Assembly: GCA_000182565.2 (NCBI GenBank) | Contig: KQ257456.1 | Reading direction: 5' to 3' (one strand) | Origin: Spizellomyces punctatus DAOM BR117 | Taxonomy: Eukaryota | Length of the DNA: 64,000 bases | Part shown: positions 25,754 to 38,260 of the stretch, one piece after another | Numbering within the stretch: position 1 is the stretch's first letter | How the letters are laid out: each line of letters begins with the position of its first letter | Notes under the pieces: generated by a model | What the model was told of the DNA's origin: nothing | What the model saw: only the letters and a program-made list of their open reading frames with translations | Databases searched by the model: none | Position numbers and translations under genes: made by a program

Positions 25754-26386
25754 ATGCTGTCCCTCGAGGGTCGTCTCCCGTTTCTTGCTATGATCATTCT
25801 GCTCGTGCTGTCCGCCATACCCGCGTCACACCATGCCACGGCGACAGCGATACCTATAGCACCCGCGAATCCCCGCGCTGGGTTTATCAACCCTTCCGTA
25901 ACCCTGCCCTTGACGAGACGACAATTCGGTGGAAACGGGTCACTGGAAACACCTACTGTTGTCTTGCCTGCTGCTATACCTCCTTCTACCCCTTCGCCCT
26001 CCGGTCCCCCCAACAACAACAACCCGAATCAGAACAGCACTCCACGCCTCTCAGCCGCCTTGATTCTGATACCGATCAGTATCTTCTTTGGAATCATCAT
26101 AACAGTTGTGGCTGTCCGCCTATCCTGGAGATGGCTCAGTATTTTCAATCGACCTATCGTGACGCACAGCAAGCCAGTCGAAATCGTGTACTCAGGCCCT
26201 GGGGGCCTGATACAGCATGAAGTATTGCAAGTTGAGAGTGATCGCAGACCAGGTCGGCTACCCCCGAGAGTAATCCCCAGACACACCACAACAGAGAGTT
26301 TGGCAACGGTTTACACGGATTCACCTCCTCGGTATTCAACGGATGCGCTAACCGCCAATGCAGGACAAATGGGAGTGGATCGATGA
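25754..26386 (+). CDS. Single-pass type I membrane protein, hypothetical
   Basis: Signal-like FLAMIILLVLSAIPA, Pro/Ser/Asn-rich ectodomain, TM ALILIPISIFFGIIITVVAV, cytosolic PPRY (PPxY motif). Confidence 0.65.
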   Translation: MLSLEGRLPFLAMIILLVLSAIPASHHATATAIPIAPANPRAGFINPSVTLPLTRRQFGGNGSLETPTVVLPAAIPPSTPSPSGPPNNNNPNQNSTPRLSAALILIPISIFFGIIITVVAVRLSWRWLSIFNRPIVTHSKPVEIVYSGPGGLIQHEVLQVESDRRPGRLPPRVIPRHTTTESLATVYTDSPPRYSTDALTANAGQMGVDR

Positions 26387-26775
26387 AGGGAAAACTGTCC
26401 CCTCACGGGGGGCGCACATTACACTGTATACACTTTTTATTATTATCATGTTCACGTAGTTATTTGTAACTCTGTTGATTAATACTGTTACCCTGTGATG
26501 ATTACCATCATCTTACAACTTGCATCAGTTTTTTTGCCTTTGGAATGCATGATTACCATCAAAGACATCCACCTTACTCCCCATCACAGGGCGCAGAACA
26601 AGTAGCGATCCACCTCAGTCAAATACAAATCAGACCTGGAATGTGTCAAGGGGCAGAGAGCATGTGTTGCACTGATGAGTAGGCTTTAGTTGGATCCATT
26701 GTTGCCGGATTGATCCATGCGCGACGTGCGAAGAAGCATCGTTTGAATACGCTTTTATGATCAACACCATCAACC

Positions 26776-27308
26776 ATGGTACGTATTGGATTGCAACATT
26801 TACTTTAACTGGTCTACAGCTCATACCCTCTCTCTTACCATAATGTGATTACAGGCCTCCATGTATCTACGCGTTAAACGCCAAAAGACCACATGGTTCG
26901 TCGAGGCCCAACCTCAAGACACTGTCCAACAACTAAAGACAAAACTAGCCACCACGCTAAATCGTGAAAAGGATGCAAAAGATTTGCGATTACAAGTACC
27001 AGGGAAGCAACCTGGGACGTACTCTCCACTTGATGACACTGCGGTGCTGGAGCAAATTGGGTTGGTGGATGATGCTGTTGTGTACTTGAGTTTTTGGATC
27101 GCTGGTCAATGTGAGTGATTGCGAAAAGTGTCTAGTGTATGCGTTAGATTGGATGTTTTCTTATTGATATTCTTTTTATTTATTTTCTATTGAAGCCAAT
27201 CCTTCGGATGGGAAATGGGAGCCGGTAGAGGTGCCGGACTTTGAGCCATTGAATGACGAAGAAGGGGTTGAGGAAGGCGGAAGCGGAAAAGGGAAGGCGG
27301 CCGCCTAA
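26776..27308 (+). CDS. Elongin-B-like ubiquitin-fold protein, 3 exons (the first is probably ATG only)
   Basis: MYLRVKRQKTTWFVEAQPQDTVQQLKTKLA...DLRL...LDDTAVLEQIG...WEPVEVPDF resembles the ELOB pattern (recalled: FLMIRRHKTTIF...STVFELK). Confidence 0.7.
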
Positions 27309-27461
27309 CCTTGATACGAACGAACTGTGCTTAACCGCTCGTCTGCCCCCCCGAGCGCGACAATGTTTTAATGCCATGCGCGTCGGATAGGACGAATTTC
27401 CTCGCTAGCATTCCCTCGCCCTTAGATTAACCTATACCTTTTGTACATATATCTAATACCA

Positions 27462-30026
27462 TCAATCCAGCTTTTTGTTTTCTTGCAATGCTTGGACCCG
27501 AGCTCGTGCGCGTAATAGTGCATCTATTAGACCATTTGAGATGAGAAATGTGATATTCTGGTTCTCTCATACGTGTTTGGATTAGACGTACCGGATATAG
27601 CTTGGATGTTCCCATGGACAAATCTGAGACACATGTCCCCATGGACAAATTCTGCAGACACATGTCGCTGGTGAGGACCAACTATTAAGACCCACGCAAG
27701 GCCCATTCAAGGGAAAACGTCTTTGCAAGGTCTTCCTTAACGTCGGAAGGTTTTGCGGTTCGTACATTCCTAGTCAAGGACAATTAGGCGCGGGGACGCA
27801 TTAGCTGAAAGGTACAAAGACAAAAAACGAATTCATACTTCGGCCTGATGAACAATGTTTAGTCTCACACGCAAAACACCCGATGATTCGGTTTGGAATC
27901 CGTACTTGTTCAGGCGGTTGCCCTAATATCAAATCTCGTGTAAACATGCCTGCGGAAAACCTATAACGAATTCGATTCAACATACGCTCGTTCCATTTGG
28001 AATGGCCATATACGAAAGATCTTCCAGATCGGCAGATCCACCAATGAAAAAGCTTCGCATTCGCGTCAAATACGAACCAAATGGCCGCCAGGTTGGGATT
28101 TCCAAGTCATGGCATCCTAAGTATACCTCAGCCTCGTTAACCCTTTCCTGTTCAAGCAGGATAATACTAAATTTGGTGTTGCATACCAGGCGTTTTTGGA
28201 AGAATGGCGTAACCATATCCCTGAGTCGTATGCCGACCCCACCAATCGACATTGGCAATATGAAAATATATGCGAGGCCATTGGGCAATCCGATCTGGCA
28301 AGGATAATGAACAAGTTGGTACACTGGATACGTAAAAAGATGCCAATAAACTAGAACAAACCATATCGATTTGCCATGAGTTGAATGTCTATTGGATAGC
28401 CAAACCGTGCTTCATATGATACCGTCTCCTCGTCATACGTTGATCTTGCAACTTGGGTGTAGGACGACAAGATTTGGAGAGGTGTCTCATCTTTCCAACC
28501 TTCTGGTATATCGATCATATAACGGACGTATAAACCGTTTCCATGAAATCCTCGGGCAGAGACAATTTCACCCATTACATTAACTCGATGACCAAACAAT
28601 TTTGGGACCGCGGTAAATTCGGTGCCTACAAGATCTGCCCTTCGCCTCGCTTGTCTGACAGTGATGTAGGTGACAGGATTTTTTAGTAGGGATCAATGGG
28701 ATGAAGAACGGAAATAATACCCACTGTTTGTAAAACTCTTGGAAAATCTTCCATTCATGCTCTTCGTCGGCTTCCGTTATTGCCTCTGACGCATTTTTTA
28801 TCGTAAACTCATAGGTATCGTCGCCAAGCGTAAATCGATACGCGCTTTTTGGGGCTCGTCGTGATTGTAATGCTGGCTGCGACATTGGATGGAAGACTCG
28901 TGAACATGTGGTAATATTCGGTAGCACAGTGCCTCTACCTACTGTGAACGATATCAAGCCATTATCATATGCTTTAATGGTACACAGTCGCTTCTCAACG
29001 CCTTCGTAAAGCGGCCCTGTTCGTCCAATTTCCAAAGATGGTGCACTGTCTGTGCTGATAAACAAAAATTGGGATTTGTGGAACTTTGAAAGTTTGCCAA
29101 AGGTATGAAACCTTACCCTCAACATGCAAATACGCCATGATATGCATTTCAGTGAATGCTGCATCCAGCAATGGTCGCTGGACATGCACCGGATCTTTGG
29201 AAACAAAGTCACTTGTTTCGCGATGCGTTTTGGGGTGTATGCCACTCTCGACCAGTCGATGTTTTGCCGGCTGTGCATGGCGGGAGGGAGTTTTTCGTCG
29301 GTATACGAGTATCTCTGGATTGTTTTCATTGTTCTCGATAGGCTCAAATCCCAGGACGCCGTCGACGAGTCGAGATGGATGTTCCCAAGGTGATGTTGTG
29401 ACTGTGGGTGAATGGAGATCCTTGGGCAGAAAGTCGTCTTCTTGCACATAGGTGAAGATGTGCTTGCGTGCTGTATGAATAGTAAGGAAACATTGATACC
29501 CTTTTGCCTTTTATACATTGTCGATGGTTCATACCTCCTCGTGTTCGTCCCGCACTCATGACTCGCGCTTCTCGGGATTTAGCTTTCGCAGCCAACTTGT
29601 GAACTTGTTCATGATAGCGTCTTTCTAATGGTGACGGATTTCCAGACAATGTCTTGAACTGCAGCACCTCGCTTTCTCACGTTGAGTAGAGGGTAATGAT
29701 GTCAAGTAAACAAAAAGACTTACCTAGGGCTGAAAATCTTTTGCTGCCATTCTACGATGGCTACTTCAGGCTTTGGCAACAGCGATCTTCTATTTCTATT
29801 TTCTTCGGTTATATAAAGCGTTTCTAGTAGTAGCATTGTATTGAGGAAATATCCATGGTCTAAAACATTCGATTGGCAAACTACCCTCAATCAAGGGAAC
29901 ATTCTTATCGGCGATCTTGGCCAGTCGAACTTTTATTTTCAGATTTTCTACAGGATCTAATGTCCGATGATAACTGGTTGTCCTTAGGTCTGTCATAAAG
30001 ATGAGTTTGCCAGTGTTTTCTTCCAT
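27462..30026 (-). CDS. MKS1: Meckel syndrome type 1 protein (B9 domain, ciliary transition zone), multi-exon; 3' exon boundaries tentative
   Basis: YHRTLDPVENLKIKVRL; EWQQKIFS; B9 domain VNVMGEIVSARGF...LYVRY; DWWGRHTTQGYGYAILPKTPG; WRP...MRSFFIGGSADLEDLSY; YGFQTESSGVLRVRLNIVHQ. Confidence 0.88.
27611..27666. repeat. Imperfect tandem duplication (27 + 29 bp)
   Basis: cccatggacaaatctgagacacatgtc followed directly by cccatggacaaattctgcagacacatgtc. Confidence 0.8.
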
Positions 30027-31020
30027 TTTGGAGTATGCAGCATCCAGCACACGTCAGACGCGAAGAACAGGACAAGGACGCGGTAGATGAACAAGCCACA
30101 CTTTGTCAGCAGGTAGAAAGTGTTTACACAAAATGTAGGCTTTGCTCTGATTACTCAAGATCAGCGAGTCTCAGCCGCCCATTTCCCACCGACCAAACGT
30201 TTGACGATGGATCAAACACTGTCTAGGATGGGATAAATGCCCCGACTTGTCAAGGTCTGGTTTTTCCATAGATGTCAAAGCTTTGCGGTTCAGGGTTCTT
30301 GTTGTGTGGTGGCCACGGGAACTGCAGCAGAAACTGCAAGCAAAGGAGGGACACTATGACACCCACTTTTGCATGAGCCAACATTTGTCAATACGACTCC
30401 ACATTACTTGCACATCCACCAATGGTGGCTTTTTGAGAGAGTCACCAAGCGTTTGCTTGATTGGGAGTGTCAAAAAAACAAAAGCCATTCTCAAATGCAA
30501 CTGGCAATCATTTGTAGGCAACTGCAACTTTTTTTTTTTTGGATAAACCCTGCATGCTTTTTTTTTGTTTTTAATGAGCCCCACATTGTCCGTAGAAGGG
30601 CTTCTTTGAGCCAAGACCTCGCTAGAAGGGAAAGGCACAAACGATATTGATAATGTTGCTATACACACAATGACAATCCAAACAAAAAGATCAGGTAACC
30701 TCACCGATTTGTGCGCGCAAGTCAGTTGAAAAGTGTACCATGTGTTTTGGAACACATTCGGGACGAGTTCACGTACTTTTTGTGTTTTGCATAATGCTAC
30801 TCTCCCCCGTTATCAAATGTATTGTCAAGTATCGTTAGAAGTAGCGGAACTCGATAGATTGTACAGAACAAGGGGGACATGAGAGAGAAATCACAACACA
30901 TTGTTAATCTTGCAATAACAGTCTCCTTGCGAATGTTTTCCTTTGTTAAAGAGTAAAAAAAGATTTCTCTCTTGTGTGTTTCAAAAGAAAACAAACCCTT
31001 GCCAATGAACACGTGTTTAT

Positions 31021-31028
31021 TCTCTCTC

Positions 31029-31062
<34 letters not shown>
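31021..31062. repeat. (TC)n microsatellite
   Basis: About 21 TC units with one interruption, within the AT-rich region upstream of the SH3-PX gene. Confidence 0.95.
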
Positions 31063-31063
<1 letters not shown>

Positions 31064-31649
31064 TTTCTTTTGCTGTTGAGATAAGTCTAAAACTTTTAAC
31101 CAAAAAAACAAAACTCCAAAACTAAATACTTTTAATGTCAATTGATTCGTTCAAATCCACTTTGTCTTTATAAAGAAAGTTTCTGATACGCGTTCAGCAG
31201 TTTCAACTTTCTTTTGACTAGACGTCTTCTAAAGGTCTTTTCTCTCGTTTGGGACTCGTAGTAGTAGTCGAATATGTTGAGAGTGGCGAATGAATAAAGA
31301 AAATGGGGGGGTTTTATAACAGCGTTATAGAAATCAACTTGCTGTATTGGTCATGTCGACTACTTTGACTTTTTTTGTATTGTCGGAGGGGTTTTCTTTT
31401 TCTTTTGTTCTTCCACCCTTTATACTGCAGTCCTCCTCCTCCTCCTCCCAACTCTCTTTTCTTTAGACTTTTCCTTTTATTAAACGGACTGGTGCCGTTT
31501 AATTGTTGGCCTCCCCCTTCTTTCTGCCCTTTAGGCATTTCCCCTTTATCCGTTTTCCAATACCATATAACGAAATCAAAAAGAGAGGCCAACCCCCATC
31601 ATCATTCCAACGAGTGAGAAGCTAGAAGAAGAAGAAGAGACTTTAGCAA

Positions 31650-32975
31650 ATGGCCGCAACAGCGACTTCCATATTCAAAATACGAGCCATCTCAGATTTC
31701 TTGGCACCAAAGGACGCTGGTGAAGATTGCCTTCTCTCGTTTCGCAAGAGCCAGGCTTTCTACGTCTTGTCGACAGACACTGTGAGAGGTCTCTATTTTG
31801 TGAGTACGCAGTATGCAACCCCTTTTTCGCGGACCGCAGTATCAGGGCTGGTCCCTGTGTCCCATTTTGAGGTGGTCGACTTGTTGAGCAAGGACCCCGC
31901 CCCGCCCAAACAGCAATCACAACCATCACAGCAACAGCATGTTGCCGCCGCCGTGGCTGGAACCACGGTACCTGCAAACGCTGCCGAAAAGACGGTCGCT
32001 GGTCGACAGTTAAGGGCCTTTTTGCAGGCAAATACGCGGCGCTACTCGGAAGGAGCCCTTTTGGCTCCACCTCCCCTTCACCCCGACGATGCAGAATTGC
32101 AAAGACGAGCCGGAACCGTTCCTAGAAATGCCTATAGATCTCGTACAACAACCACCAATACGGCTACTCGGTCCTCGCAACATCAACAACACAAACAACA
32201 CCATCAGAAAACCTCGACAACAAAACCAACTTGTCCTCCACCTCCTCAGAAGCAAGCACCCAATGTCTCGCGAGATCGTTTCATATACGCCGAAATCATT
32301 TCTACCATTCGCCAAGCACCATATTCTTCCACGCATGTCGCATTACAACCACCGCATCAAAATCTTTCCTATTCTGTTCGTGTCGTCCGACAATACTCTA
32401 GTCATATTATCACTCGCTCTTTTGACGACTTTGTCGTACTCCACAACTCACTTGTACAATTCTTTGGCGCATACAACAATCTTAAGCATTTGATTCCTAC
32501 TCTCCCCGCTCGCATCACCTTGTCCTCAGCAGCATCCCAGTCCCGTAAATCCGTGGACGAACGAATTCACGCCCAACAACTCGCCATGGAAGAATATCTC
32601 TCATCCCTTTGCGACCACCTTCCCCCGTCCATGCTCGAGTCTGGTATCGTGGCAAAGTTCTTTACCCCGCGAACAGCAGAAGAAGCCGCCGCTATTGAAT
32701 CCGTCGTACGACGGGACTCTGGGTTTTCTGCTGAAGGCAATGGCAAAAATCCTCACCAACAACAAAAACAACAACAACAACAACAACAAGTTCCGCCCCC
32801 GGTTCCAGCAAAGGACAAACCTGTCAGCACAGTCGAAAACCTCTCCACTCACCTCCATTCTACATTGAGTATTTCACAACAAAACCGGTGTTCAAGAGGT
32901 GCTGGATCGGCGGAGAGTGATTTCGATGCTGAAGACTTTTTGGATTCATATGTGGTTAGATCTCCTGTATATTAG
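31650..32975 (+). CDS. SH3- and PX-domain scaffold protein (Bem1/Scd2-related architecture, no obvious PB1)
   Basis: SH3: IRAISDFLA...LLSFRKSQAFYVLS...SGLVPVSHFEV. PX: YSVRVVR...IITRSFDDFVVLHNSL...IPTLP...MEEYLSSL...VAKFF. PolyQ tracts; single exon. Confidence 0.8.
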   Translation: MAATATSIFKIRAISDFLAPKDAGEDCLLSFRKSQAFYVLSTDTVRGLYFVSTQYATPFSRTAVSGLVPVSHFEVVDLLSKDPAPPKQQSQPSQQQHVAAAVAGTTVPANAAEKTVAGRQLRAFLQANTRRYSEGALLAPPPLHPDDAELQRRAGTVPRNAYRSRTTTTNTATRSSQHQQHKQHHQKTSTTKPTCPPPPQKQAPNVSRDRFIYAEIISTIRQAPYSSTHVALQPPHQNLSYSVRVVRQYSSHIITRSFDDFVVLHNSLVQFFGAYNNLKHLIPTLPARITLSSAASQSRKSVDERIHAQQLAMEEYLSSLCDHLPPSMLESGIVAKFFTPRTAEEAAAIESVVRRDSGFSAEGNGKNPHQQQKQQQQQQQVPPPVPAKDKPVSTVENLSTHLHSTLSISQQNRCSRGAGSAESDFDAEDFLDSYVVRSPVY

Positions 32976-34091
32976 AATTTGGTAGTGTGTCAATCAAAGT
33001 GTATATGACTAGCCAAGTAGTGGTATACAGAGATCAATGGGCGGATTCAGAGAGAGACAAGCATAGGAAAAAGCAAATATGTAGAAGGGCAAAAACATAT
33101 TCTACTCTTTGTATCGTACTTTTTTTTTTTTTTTTTTTTTTTTTTGGTGGAAATCAACCCAGACACTCAACACAGATTTTATATATATTGATAACAAGAT
33201 TATCTTGTCTTGATCATTTCTGTGCGTTTGAATTTATATTTTTTAGTCTCTCTGTTCACTCGGAAAATGACACTGGCTGTACAAGCTGTGCCCACGACAC
33301 CCAGGAATAGCACAAAGCCAAGCGCAAAGAGAGGTCCGTTATCGCCCCATTCTTGTAAGGCATCCAAAATACCTGCATTTTCTGTCGTTTAGCTTGATGG
33401 GCGAGAACATGTAAGACGAGAAACGCCTCGCACCTTGCCCGTTGACGGTGAAAGCCTGACAAGAATGACAAGTCATCCCGGCAGGTCTTGCAGGATTGCA
33501 GTGTTGGAACGCGCTGAGGTTTGATTACGTTGGGCGTGGACATTGGCTTGTAAGTGAAAAGCGTGTAAACAAATGGGCTAACCGGTATTAGAAAAAAGCG
33601 ACTAATTTCATAGACTGACTATGTGTATCTCCTAAAAAGCAGTATCGATAATATATTAAATATCTGAACTTTTAAGTACTATAAACTGTATAGGGGGCCG
33701 ACCGGCCGTTATTTACAATCATCACGTCTACCGACGACTATATCTTACTAGTATTCACGACCTAGCGGTTTGACCCTCTTTCATTCCGCACCGCGGTATA
33801 TGGTATGCTATATACATCCAATCGGTACTTTCACTCGTTCCCTCACGTAAATTACCGAGTTTGAAAGATTTCGGTAGACATTCCAGTGCACGGTCCTTGA
33901 CTCATTGCAAGGATGTTGTCGCCATCACATAACGAGTCGGTCCATTTTCATAAATAACTCAACCAAAACTCATGCGGTCCTTCCGAAATGCTGTTCATTA
34001 TTGAACACGCAGAGTTTACAAGAGTGTGGCATAAGGAAGGTGACGGACACACGGCTGTCCCGCAGAGTGTGTCCGTTCTGCAACCGCAATG

Positions 34092-35472
34092 CTAACTGGT
34101 GCGCCGATTTCCCTCCTCTAATAGCATTGCGGTTGATTCGGCCTCATTTGATACATCCTTTTTTCGCTTCAATTGGTAGTCCGTATATGTGTACCAGGCA
34201 CCTGACATCACACTTGTTACCACCAAAAACGGTCATTGTACAAAATCAGTGGATGCCTTACCACCGAATAGCGTCATTAGAATGCCCAGTGCGTTCATAG
34301 AAGTAATCTCAAGATTGAAGATAGTAACCGATAATATGATTGATAAGACTTGCTTGACGTTACCTGGCGGTTAATTTCAGCAAGCAGTGAGTCTTTTGCA
34401 CCATTACCGTTTAGAGTGGCAGCATCACTACAGCAGGTAACTCACCAGCGACACCCATGGTCAAGGCATTCGTCTTTTTATTCGCAGTGAGGCTAGCAAA
34501 GTTTAACGCAAACGCGATGGCACCATTAAAAAATAATGCTACCATCAACGCTGGTGTCATTCCACCCTGATTGAAAAATTCAAAGGTGCGGGACATCTCC
34601 CCAGTAACAAATGAATACATCATAGTTTGGAGTAGGGCCAACGGTGACATGCGCATGAGGAGATCGAGGGGATGAAGTTTGAGGGACCCAACCTGCACGC
34701 GGTTGGTAACAATCGTTTTAAGCGCCGCAAGAACGGTTCCCAGTAGAGTGAGAATAAATCCTATCGAGGTAAAGTAGTAGTCTCCAACCGTTGCGAGGCA
34801 AACGCCAAGAATTGTCTACAAAAAAGACGGACTAGTCAGTCAAATTCCACAATGCAAACAAACCTTTACTGCGTGCCTTACTGGAAGTAGCGTGAAATAA
34901 ATGGCACCAGAGTACGATTTTTTGAGAAAGATTATTGAGATGAGGATCGTAAATAGGGGAACTGTCGATCGTACGACTTGATGAAACTATATTCACAAAA
35001 AAAAGAAAAAAAAACGTGTGAGATATTACTGCGCACTCTGCAACGCACCAACTTTTGTCCATTTTGTAAAAAGACTATCATGCGCAGCATACAGCACCGT
35101 AATCCCCCCACAAAACCCCCACACAACACTATACATCCTCACAAAACTTACCGGCACAGTAACCATATTCAACGAAACATTAGAAACCGCAATATTCAAC
35201 GTATAAAGAACCGAAAAAAGCACCATAACCCATTTTTCCCTCTGCCCCAGTTTGGCAGGCAGAAAATACCCCGTCCCCGCACACAAATAACACCCAATCG
35301 TCCCGCACGCCGTATGCACCGCAGTAAGTGTCCACGGAAACGGAAAGTGGAAGAATTGCATGACAACTTTATTGTATATCGTTAGGGTGAGATTCAAGGC
35401 AAAGTAGACCAGAAGCCAAAAGACGGCTTCCCGAAAACCAGGTGCTGGTGATGATGGTGGATGGGTAGCCAT
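34092..35472 (-). CDS. Triose-phosphate-transporter-family / nucleotide-sugar transporter, 5 exons
   Basis: YFALNLTLTIYNK, FPFPWTLTAVH, LYTLNIAVSNVSLNMVTVP|FHQVVRSTVP, LHPLDLLMRMSPLA, ANKKTNALTMGVA|GNVKQ. Confidence 0.92.
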
Positions 35473-35917
35473 GTCGTCACGTTGGGATTCCAACGCAATA
35501 AGGGGCAAAACGTTCGCTCCAAAGACAAATCGTGTTGCCAAATGACGAGGAAAGTCCAATCAAGATGGATAAGCGTTTATACTATCAGCTTGCAACGACG
35601 GGATGTCCCCTGCAACCATGTGTGATGGGCCATCCCCTTATTAGCACACAAAAAAGGTACCCATTTCCACCCAAAGAAACAAAAAACGCAAAAGGAACAG
35701 TCAAAAAAGAAGGTTCGCTTCAAGTTCTTCAAACCGTCACGTGATATGACATTAAACTCTTTGTGTTACCACCGCTGCGGCGACGCCAGCCTAAGCCCGC
35801 TTTAAATCCGACAGCCGGGTACGGGGTGGAATTAAGGTTTAAGCTGAGGGGAAGAACACTTGCCGTAGACTTGTGCCAAACGACCATGGTATTTCCCATT
35901 TCGGTATTACTTTTTAT

Positions 35918-37395
35918 TTACACCGAAATTACAAATCGGAAAAAGACAAATTTAAACAACAGAACCAATGCCCCATGACACAGCACGATGATGGATAAAA
36001 CAAGTGTCGAGGCTCTTTTATCGTTTGTTTGAGTTATGATCGGTCGGACTGTACGAATCTTGAATAACACTGTAAAAACACATAAAAGATGAGCAGCGGG
36101 ATGCGTATAGTTGTAAAGTCACAAATTGTCACCTGAACTGGCAAAAGCGACAGCAACTAGAACCCATCGGACAATCTCAGAAGGGATAATGCATAAAAGC
36201 TATAAGCAGGGGTGTCAATATCTCCTCAGAACTCCAAACACACCGCGGTGAACTTCATTACCGAAACAGGTATCCAGGCAGCCAAAGCATATCCGTACAT
36301 GTCAATCAACTCTAGCAGATTTGCCGGCCCTTTAAAGTATTTCAAAACCCCCCATAGGACGAGCGGGACCACGCTCGTGTAGACATATACGGTGCTTACG
36401 GCCAAGGACAGCAGCGTCATATCATACGTATACTCTTTGTGGTTGATCCATCCAGCCACCGTTGAAGTGGCAAAGAGTGCGAAAATGACGGTCGTTGCGA
36501 TCCAAAATGGTCCTGCGTAAGATGGGCCATTGTTTAGCGGGTAATCCTCTTTGAACTGAAAATAAAACACACAAAGCTCACCGTAGAGATCCGGATTTGT
36601 ACCAAGCACATCTGCAAATTTCTGTTTGGGTATAACCGTTGCGACTATGCGCTGCCCGACCTGTGCTATCCCAGTGAATACCAAAATCCACTTGGCGCGT
36701 CAGTCACGCCCCACTCACATCTGTTGTATCAACATTAAAGTACTGAGAGTAATATTCAACCGTCCAAAAACCACCGCGTGCTTGTGGTGCGGCCTGTGTT
36801 TGCTGCTGCTGAGGTGGAGGAGCCGTGAACCCGAAATCTGCAGATAAACCACGCAATGCTGGTACTCAAGGTCCACGGGATACTTTAATAACGATTAAAT
36901 TCCTCACCTGCACCGGAGGAAGGTCCTGCTCGTTGTGGATTCACCTTTCCCGACACGTTCTTCTGATCTTCCGAGAGAATGAAATCTAGGCAAAAGAAGA
37001 AGAAACGATTTCATCAGAATTTGGCTTTTGGACATGGACGCATCTTGGGCACATATCCGTTCCTGCCACCGCCATTGAATATGGAGCCAGGGAGGTACTC
37101 TCGACAGAATCGCTTCGGAGCGTCGCCTGGCCACCGTGACCTCCAACCACGCCGGAAATCGTCCGAGTACGCAGCGACTCCCGGTACATTGACGTATCCA
37201 AACTTTCCCACACCCTTCTCCAATGCAAGCAATGTTGATACATACTTTGAAATTCCAACTGTGCCTCGGGCGTATCAATCTACACAATCCAGATAAAACC
37301 AATCAGTACGCGAAAGCCAATCCAAATCCAAAATTGTAACGTTCACCACATACTGGCGGATCCAAATCCACTATAGCGTCATAGTTTGACGACAT
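35918..37395 (-). CDS. Yip1-domain Golgi membrane protein (YIPF1/2-like), multi-exon
   Basis: GFWTVEYYSQYFNVDT, NPDLY|GPFWIATTVIFALF, LLELIDMYGYALAAWIPVS|LLCIIP. Confidence 0.88.
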
Positions 37396-37581
37396 GATGT
37401 GTATATCGTTGTAGGAACTCGTCCAAAAAGTCGTGAGAGTTGCATTTGCCTGCCCCTGCGCGTTGGGCTGTGGGCTGCGAACACGTGTTTTACCTTGAGA
37501 CGGCATTCCATTACTCTGCAAGAGACTTTTTGCTGGTCGACTGCATGTGTTCTGCACAATTGACTTGGAGATTGGCCCTTC

Positions 37582-38260
37582 ATGGATGCAGTCACTCGCC
37601 GTCTCATAAAGGAATTGCGGGACTATCAACGGGATCCAAACCCGCAAGTTGTCGAGTTGTCGCCTACATCTGACGACAATTTATTGGCATGGCGAGCCGT
37701 CATTGCTGGCCAAGAGGGGACGATATATGAAGGTGCATGCCAAACGTGGCACTAAACTACAAGATACTGTTACTAATTAAATAATGTGAAATACTAGGAG
37801 GACGCTTTGATCTTGATATAGTTGTACCCAACTCGTATCCGATGCAACCACCTACTATCAAGTTCATAGGAAGGGTTTGTCATCCGAACGTGCACTTTAA
37901 GGTACAGTAAACGTTGACCTTATTTTGATGCAGTCACGTATTTTCTTATCTGACAACCTGTGGTAGACTGGTGAGATATGTCTTGATTTATTGAAATCTG
38001 CCTGGAGTCCTGCGTGGACGTTGCAGTCGGCCTGCGTAGCTATCGGGGTGCTGTTGACGGTCAGTATACATCCCCTCCGAGTATTCGTATCCCGTGTCTG
38101 ATGTCTTCTACAGAGCCCAGAGCCGGATAGTCCACTAAATTGCGATGCCGCGAACCTATTGAGGTGTGGTGACATGAGGGGGTATAACTCGCTGGTGCGA
38201 ATGTATACCCAGCTCTATGCCGTACCAAGCACAGCAGCTATCATGTCGTCCACGTCCTAG
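37582..38260 (+). CDS. PEX4: Ubiquitin-conjugating enzyme E2, Pex4-like, 4 exons
   Basis: RRLIKEL...NLLAWRAVIAG...YPMQPPTIKF...HPNVHFK|TGEICLDLLKSAWSPAWTLQSAC...PEPDSPLNCDAANLLRCGD. Confidence 0.85.

Noticed and set aside
33256..33543. 95-aa ATG-initiated minus-strand ORF
   Set aside because: No motifs or splice support; consistent with a chance ORF.
37010..37215. RNase P RNA interpretation of the structured YIP intron (GGGAAAGUUUGG, UUCAAUGGC and a P4-like pairing)
   Set aside because: There are too few nucleotides upstream of the CR-I-like word to form P1-P3, and the CR-V consensus does not match. Kept only as an unclassified structure.
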